From Nitrospirae bacterium MYbin3 (lineage in GTDB: Bacteria; Nitrospirota; Thermodesulfovibrionia; Thermodesulfovibrionales; Dissulfurispiraceae): a DNA stretch of 63,344 nt. Shown in pieces: positions 58,952 through 63,344 of the stretch (position 1 is its first letter; every line of letters begins with the position of its first letter). The position numbers and the translations under genes are program-made. Under the pieces are notes generated by a model. It did no database searches. It had not been told where the DNA came from and was given only the letters and a program-made list of their open reading frames with translations. The stretch is from contig PEAD01000006.1 of NCBI GenBank assembly GCA_002753335.1, forward strand, positions 62,001 through 125,344, in the 5' to 3' direction.

Positions 58952-59036
58952 TGGTGCGAGAGAGGGGAGTTGAACCCCTACAGGTTTCCCCACTGGATCC
59001 TAAGTCCAGCGCGTCTGCCAGTTCCGCCACTCTCGC
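58952..59036 (-). tRNA. tRNA-Leu (TAG)
   Basis: GCGAGAGTGGCGGAACTGGCAGACGCGCTGGACTTAGGATCCAG...GGTTCAACTCCCCTCTCTCGCACCA; long variable arm, encoded CCA. Confidence 0.96.
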
Positions 59037-59178
59037 TCAGTTGATTTTACAGGCTTTTTGAGTCATTCTGCAATCTCTTTTTTTCAGGTCCAGCAAAACT
59101 CCAGCAGACAAAAGCGGAATATACGGAAAATAAAGGATAATTTTCAAAATATAGTACAGTAATCATACTGCAACCCTC

Positions 59179-59220
59179 ATCAAACCAGATAAACCGTTCG
59201 TAAATATTCTTTTCGCCCAT
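59179..59220 (-). pseudogene. Possible N-terminal remnant of a WYL-type regulator
   Basis: GAGGAG RBS then MGEKNIYERFIWFD, recalled as resembling HTH-WYL N-termini; only 14 codons. Confidence 0.3.
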
Positions 59221-59314
59221 AATCTCCTCAGGGTTCTATTTGTCGCGCAAGTCCGAGGATATTTTGTTATGAATGTACACTATCCGTTTTTTGCTGACAA
59301 TTTTCCTTTATTTG

Positions 59315-59683
59315 TCACTTGTACTTTTGCAGGCTACTTTGCGGCTTGTCAGGGATAGTGCGTTCTATGAGCCCATTCTCTAAAGCGGGCAAAAGATATG
59401 CTTTTCTAAAAAGCAGACCGTTTGCAAGACCCCCACGGTTCAGAGTGTTTTGGTACAGAAACTTAAGCCCTGTCACATAGAACCGATAGGTGCCTTTCGA
59501 GATATTACGTTCCTTCATGAGATAAAGCAGATACTCTCTTAGTTCTTCTTCTTTCAAATCCTCAGGTGACTTGCCGAAATGTTTGGCCAAATTGCTCACT
59601 TCCCTCAAATAGCTTCTCTGTGTTTGAGGTGTTGCTCCACGTAACTGAAGGTCTGTCCGCATCTTCTCTCTCAATGTGCTCAT
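59315..59683 (-). pseudogene. Truncated tyrosine recombinase (integrase N-terminal SAM-like domain only)
   Basis: MSTLREKMRTDLQLRG..PQTQRSY...HFGKSPEDL...YLLYL...GLKFLY; no catalytic domain. Confidence 0.8.
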
Positions 59684-59860
59684 ACAACATCTCCTTTGCT
59701 GCCGATATCCGAATAGCTCATGCCATCGGTAAAACAAAGGAGATTGTAATAAGATTATTCCTGTCAGACAAGTAGCAAAAGATGCTATGCGAAAATAATG
59801 AAACTGTTTATCAGTCTGTGGTCGCTTATCAGAAGGCTACCGCGGAGCGGTTTAGTTCTT
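59684..59860. mobile_element. Leader hairpin and terminal palindrome of a degenerate integrase (IS91-associated type) element
   Basis: ATCTCCTTTG...CAAAGGAGAT inverted repeat covering the RBS; ACCGCGGAGCGGT-TTAGTT near 59839-59857. Confidence 0.45.
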
Positions 59861-60014
59861 CTGTTTGTAACTATTATACGAGATACCTGTAGTCTACAAA
59901 TTCTTGAAAGAGTTTTCAAAAAAGAGTGATGATTATCGCATAGGCAAAATAGTGTCAGCAATTATAATTCGAATTATTTTCCAATAGGCTTTGATATAAT
60001 ATAGACAAGATATT

Positions 60015-60356
60015 ATGGCAATGAAAAAAACAAATAAAAAGTTAGCTCAAAATTATATCAATGAAATGGTTGCCCGGATTGTCACTCAGTTCGCACCGGA
60101 AAGAATTATTTTATTTGGTTCTCATGCGCGGGGTGACGCTGGAGTTGACAGCGACATTGATCTCCTCGTAGTTATGCCGGTTAAGGGGTCGAAGCGTAAG
60201 ATGCAACTTCAGATACAGTCTGCGTTATATGACATCAGAGTACCCAAAGATATTATTGTCAGCAAGCCTGATGAATTTGCATGGAGAAAGGATATTGTGG
60301 GCACTATTGAATGGCCTGCAACACATGAAGGCAGAGTGCTTTATGCAAAGGCCTGA
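60015..60356 (+). CDS. Minimal nucleotidyltransferase (MNT antitoxin)
   Basis: ILFGSHARGDAGVDSDIDLLVV. Confidence 0.9.
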   Translation: MAMKKTNKKLAQNYINEMVARIVTQFAPERIILFGSHARGDAGVDSDIDLLVVMPVKGSKRKMQLQIQSALYDIRVPKDIIVSKPDEFAWRKDIVGTIEWPATHEGRVLYAKA

Positions 60357-60774
60357 AAATATAATAGCGGTTGTACGTGAATGGCTTAAAAAAGCAGACA
60401 ACGATCTGAAGACTTCGAAACATATACTCAAACTGGATGTGGATAGCCCAACAGATACTATCTGTTTTCATGCTCAACAATGCGTAGAAAAATATATTAA
60501 AGCACTGATGGTTTTTAAACAGATTCCTTTTCCGAAATCACATAATCTTAGCGAACTGCTTAATTTATTGCCAATAAAGTATCACTCATTACTTTCAAAA
60601 GAGGAGCAACAACTTCTAACGGTATATGCAACAGTTACCCGTTATCCCGGAGATTACGAGGACATTTCTCTGTCTGAAGCCAAAGCGGCTGTTCGTGTTG
60701 CTGGCAAGATTAGGAAAGCTATAAGGGTACTGCTGCCCAAAGAAGCCCTTACGCAAATTCGAAAGAAAAGTTAA
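60343..60774 (+). CDS. HEPN domain protein
   Basis: W..KA..DL, CFHAQQCVEKYIKA, KSHNL, TRYP; overlaps the MNT stop. Confidence 0.88.
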   Translation: MQRPENIIAVVREWLKKADNDLKTSKHILKLDVDSPTDTICFHAQQCVEKYIKALMVFKQIPFPKSHNLSELLNLLPIKYHSLLSKEEQQLLTVYATVTRYPGDYEDISLSEAKAAVRVAGKIRKAIRVLLPKEALTQIRKKS

Positions 60775-60893
60775 GTTCTTTGATGTAATCTGGAGACACT
60801 GATTTTTTATTTTAAGTAGTCAATTTCATTGTCACACTTTTGTAACAGAACATGCAGAAAATAGGCCAAAATGAGACAAAATAGGGCACTCTT

Positions 60894-61514
60894 TCAAAAT
60901 TTTTTTCTTATTTCAGCAACCTTAAACAGCTTTATATCACGGTTTTTCCGCATATTTAAAGGGAGAATAATCGGTTCTGCAGCAGAATCAGACGGTTGAA
61001 TAATAAACGCTGAAGGTTGATAATAAATCCGTCCAAGTCGGGACTTGCTTTTCAATATAAATAAAACAGTATCTCCACTTCTGGCTTGTGAAGATGGCTC
61101 AATGAGAATCAAATCACAATCTTTTATAGTGCTGTCTATAGAAGCACAATCAACAAGGAACAAAGCCTTGGGATCGCTGGACAGAGAAGGTTCAAAGCCC
61201 TTATGCTTGGTCTTCACTCCAATACTACTGCCAAGTGTAATAAACTTTTGAAGAGTAATAACCGGTATCATTCTCGATGTTTCATACGGCAAAATATCTT
61301 CACTTATCATCTGAGGTTCTTCTAAAAGATGTGCCGGTGGTATTTCAAGAGCAGCAGCCAGTTTTTGAATAGTATCCGCTTTGATATTTTGTTGATGGCC
61401 TGCCTCTATGCGGGCAATGCTCGCTTGGGAGATGCTGCTTTTATGACACAGCTCCATCTGGGACAGTCCGAGGTTCTCTCTCAAAAGCTTAAGACGCTTA
61501 CCTATTCTTTGCAT
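60894..61514 (-). CDS. XRE-family HTH repressor with degenerate S24 (LexA/CI-like) C-terminal domain
   Basis: IGKRLKLLRENLGLSQMEL...SQASIARIEAG; IPVI, D.ILIEP...SGD.V; start codon uncertain. Confidence 0.8.
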   Translation of the reverse strand: MQRIGKRLKLLRENLGLSQMELCHKSSISQASIARIEAGHQQNIKADTIQKLAAALEIPPAHLLEEPQMISEDILPYETSRMIPVITLQKFITLGSSIGVKTKHKGFEPSLSSDPKALFLVDCASIDSTIKDCDLILIEPSSQARSGDTVLFILKSKSRLGRIYYQPSAFIIQPSDSAAEPIILPLNMRKNRDIKLFKVAEIRKKF

Positions 61515-61572
61515 TAATCTTAAATTTACATGTGTCATCATGTTTTTAACAATAATACCTGTGTATAATGCA

Positions 61573-61603
61573 TTGACAATTATTATACGTGTGTGTATAA
61601 TAA
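61573..61603 (+). promoter_or_regulatory. Consensus sigma70 promoter overlapped by a palindromic operator
   Basis: TTGACA(61573)-N17-TATAAT(61596); TTATTATAC-N6-GTATAATAA at 61580-61603. Confidence 0.85.
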
Positions 61604-61635
61604 CAAACAACAAATTCATGGAGGTGTTGCAAATT

Positions 61636-62091
61636 ATGAGGCTTGCTGAACTATTAAACGAAAGAAAATCCGTAAAAACAGAGATCAAAAACCTGAAAGA
61701 GCGGTTGCGCCTTGCTGCCAAGATGCAAGAGGGTGACAGTATTCCAGCAGAATCACCCGATGAATTAAAAGAAACATTAATCGGACTTTACGGAAGGCTT
61801 TCAGAGATCATTATAAAAATAAACAGGGCCAATATCGAGAATCTTGTAGAGGGAAGAACCATTATGGAATTAATTGCAGAGCGGGATAAATCTTTGGGTA
61901 TCGCTGAATTGTTGCACGGACTGGCTGAGTCTGCAACGCCAAAATCAGAGAGATTTTCAAGAAATGAAATTCGTTATGTTTCGGCAGTTGTTGTTCAAAG
62001 CGTGAGAAAGGAGGCGGACTCATATTCAAAAGCCGCACGAGAGATTGATAACAAAATACAGGCTGCAAACTGGAGCATCGAAGTCGCATAG
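61636..62091 (+). CDS. DIP1984-like helical protein
   Basis: MRLAELLNERK...MQEGD..AESP...INRAN...LIAERD...IDNKIQAANW; GGAGG RBS. Confidence 0.8.
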   Translation: MRLAELLNERKSVKTEIKNLKERLRLAAKMQEGDSIPAESPDELKETLIGLYGRLSEIIIKINRANIENLVEGRTIMELIAERDKSLGIAELLHGLAESATPKSERFSRNEIRYVSAVVVQSVRKEADSYSKAAREIDNKIQAANWSIEVA

Positions 62092-62099
62092 TGTTGAAA

Positions 62100-62266
62100 G
62101 TTGGTAGCTTCTATTGTATCGAGGGATGCAAACCCGCATGGAATTTGGACTATGTCAGGGACCCGACAGATAATCGGAGAACAAGGTTCGACTCCTTAAT
62201 TACTGTGACAGGGTATGGTCACAAAAGCAGGCGGAAAGCCACTTTAATGTTACGGTAACTACCGAC
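62100..62266 (+). ncRNA. Candidate structured ncRNA with tRNA-like T-arm
   Basis: 8-bp terminal stem GTTGGTAG/CTACCGAC enclosing several hairpins, including AAGG-TTCGACT-CCTT. Confidence 0.55.
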
Positions 62267-62313
62267 ATCCAGATATAATAGGCAAGCGAGGGTGGGAACG
62301 GGGAACTTTAGCT

Positions 62314-62514
62314 ATGGGAAAAGTATATAAAGACAAAAAATCGTCAGGCTGCGCCCTATGTAAGCCGCACAAGCACGGCTGGGCTCCAAAAAAGAAAATA
62401 AAAACACTCGCCACAGAAAAAGAAATGGCCGGAGAAATCATTGAAACATTAACAATGCTGCAACTTCATAAGCCCGGTAAAAGCCTCCGTAACAAACGCA
62501 ATTTGTCACAGTAA
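62314..62514 (+). CDS. Small basic protein with CxxCxxH motif
   Basis: Lys-rich, GCALCKPHKHGW; purine-rich upstream sequence. Confidence 0.55.
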   Translation: MGKVYKDKKSSGCALCKPHKHGWAPKKKIKTLATEKEMAGEIIETLTMLQLHKPGKSLRNKRNLSQ

Positions 62515-62573
62515 AAACAATCTAACTACAAATCTATTTGTTTATTTGCTGTTTAGGCAGCCTAAAAAACCTT

Positions 62574-62587
62574 ATGATTTAAATCAT
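62574..62587. promoter_or_regulatory. ATGAT-N4-ATCAT FNR/DNR-like box upstream of norC
   Basis: Same core as 25898-25911. Confidence 0.6.
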
Positions 62588-62672
62588 GTTTATCCTAAGC
62601 CCCTTGATGATATAGTTTAGCCAGAAATGCAGACCTTGAATTCCAAGGAACATCAGGCATGGAGGTGAGTCT

Positions 62673-63344
62673 ATGAGCAACAAAGGAGCAAAAAACCTGT
62701 TCATTTACGGCAGTCTTTTCTTCTTTGTCATTCTTGTGCTGCTAACCATAGATACTATGGACAAGATTGACAAGAGAGCGCCCGAGATAACAGCAGATGT
62801 GGACGCAGGCAAGATGGTATGGCACAAATACGATTGCATCGGCTGCCACACTATTTTGGGAAACGGGTCGTACTTTGCGCCCGACATGACCAAAATAACC
62901 GACAACAAGCCTAAGGGGTATCTAAAAAAATTCCTTATGGATCCAAGAGCTGTCAATCCGGGAGCGGCAATGCCTAAGCTCGGCATAAGTTCTGACGAGG
63001 CGGACAAGCTGATTACCTTCCTCGAATGGATGTCTAAGGTTGACACCAATGGATGGCCTCCAAAACCGATTCTGGCAGTAGCCGCAGGATCATCAGGCAA
63101 GGAACTTTCGGCAGGCCAAAGAGTTTATCAAACTCTCGGCTGTTCCAATTGCCACATGGTCAATGGGATAGGCGGAACCTCAGGCCCGGACATAACCCAT
63201 GTTGGAAGCAAAAGGGACAAAGAATGGCTTTTCGGACATTTTAAAAACCCCGAAGCATATGTCCCAAAATCCGCAATGCCGGCTGTCAGCGCGTCTGATG
63301 CGGATATCGAACAACTGACAGATTATATGTTGTCGCTTAAATAG
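62673..63344 (+). CDS. norC: NorC-like membrane-anchored cytochrome c with an extra C-terminal heme domain
   Basis: TM anchor, GK.VW..YDCIGCHTILGNGSYFAPD, second motif CSNCH. Confidence 0.8.
   Translation: MSNKGAKNLFIYGSLFFFVILVLLTIDTMDKIDKRAPEITADVDAGKMVWHKYDCIGCHTILGNGSYFAPDMTKITDNKPKGYLKKFLMDPRAVNPGAAMPKLGISSDEADKLITFLEWMSKVDTNGWPPKPILAVAAGSSGKELSAGQRVYQTLGCSNCHMVNGIGGTSGPDITHVGSKRDKEWLFGHFKNPEAYVPKSAMPAVSASDADIEQLTDYMLSLK

Noticed and set aside
59864..59885. dif-like XerCD site (GTAACTATTATACG)
   Set aside because: Only a partial half-site resemblance; too weak to call
62183..62197. GGTTCGACTCC as part of a tRNA gene
   Set aside because: No D-arm, anticodon arm, acceptor stem or CCA at the expected spacing
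64..63244. Numerous short antisense or overlapping ORFs in the six-frame track
   Set aside because: Shadow ORFs of well-supported genes, with no motifs or RBS

Overview
Bacterial chromosomal window, probably an anaerobe of the Nitrospirota/Desulfobacterota type (inferred from gene content only). Housekeeping genes (rimO, rlmL-like, ppnP, clpC, purH-like, scpA, hisG, tRNA-Leu(TAG)) are interleaved with accessory blocks. (1) 8.5-17.2 kb: multiheme cytochrome cluster (about 15-, 8- and 4-heme proteins, TPR, a Cys-less redoxin-TPR, a heme-c sensor kinase with a sigma54 regulator, an NHL protein). (2) 23.8-29.0 kb: Crp/Fnr-linked O2/NO-stress block (HPP, ferritin-like, flavodiiron protein, rubredoxin, Isf-like) that shares a palindromic box with a norC-like gene at the window end. 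(3) 29.0-48.9 kb: two copies of a coiled-coil + dynamin-like GTPase module. A ~10.4 kb insert is bounded by a 39-bp direct repeat of the second dynamin 3' end and carries a partner-switching cascade with three STAS paralogs, an orphan NHLP-type RiPP precursor, a hicA relic and an adenylate cyclase. (4) 51.6-57.0 kb: NuoEFG/HydABC-like flavo-FeS complex with a CBS-fused NuoF. (5) 59.0-62.5 kb: decayed mobile region next to tRNA-Leu with an MNT-HEPN pair, followed by the best candidate new system: an XRE/S24-like repressor divergent from a perfect sigma70 promoter driving a DIP1984-like protein, a ~170-220 nt structured RNA candidate with a tRNA-type T-arm, and a small CxxCxxH basic protein. All family calls come from motif recognition by eye; no database searches were run.
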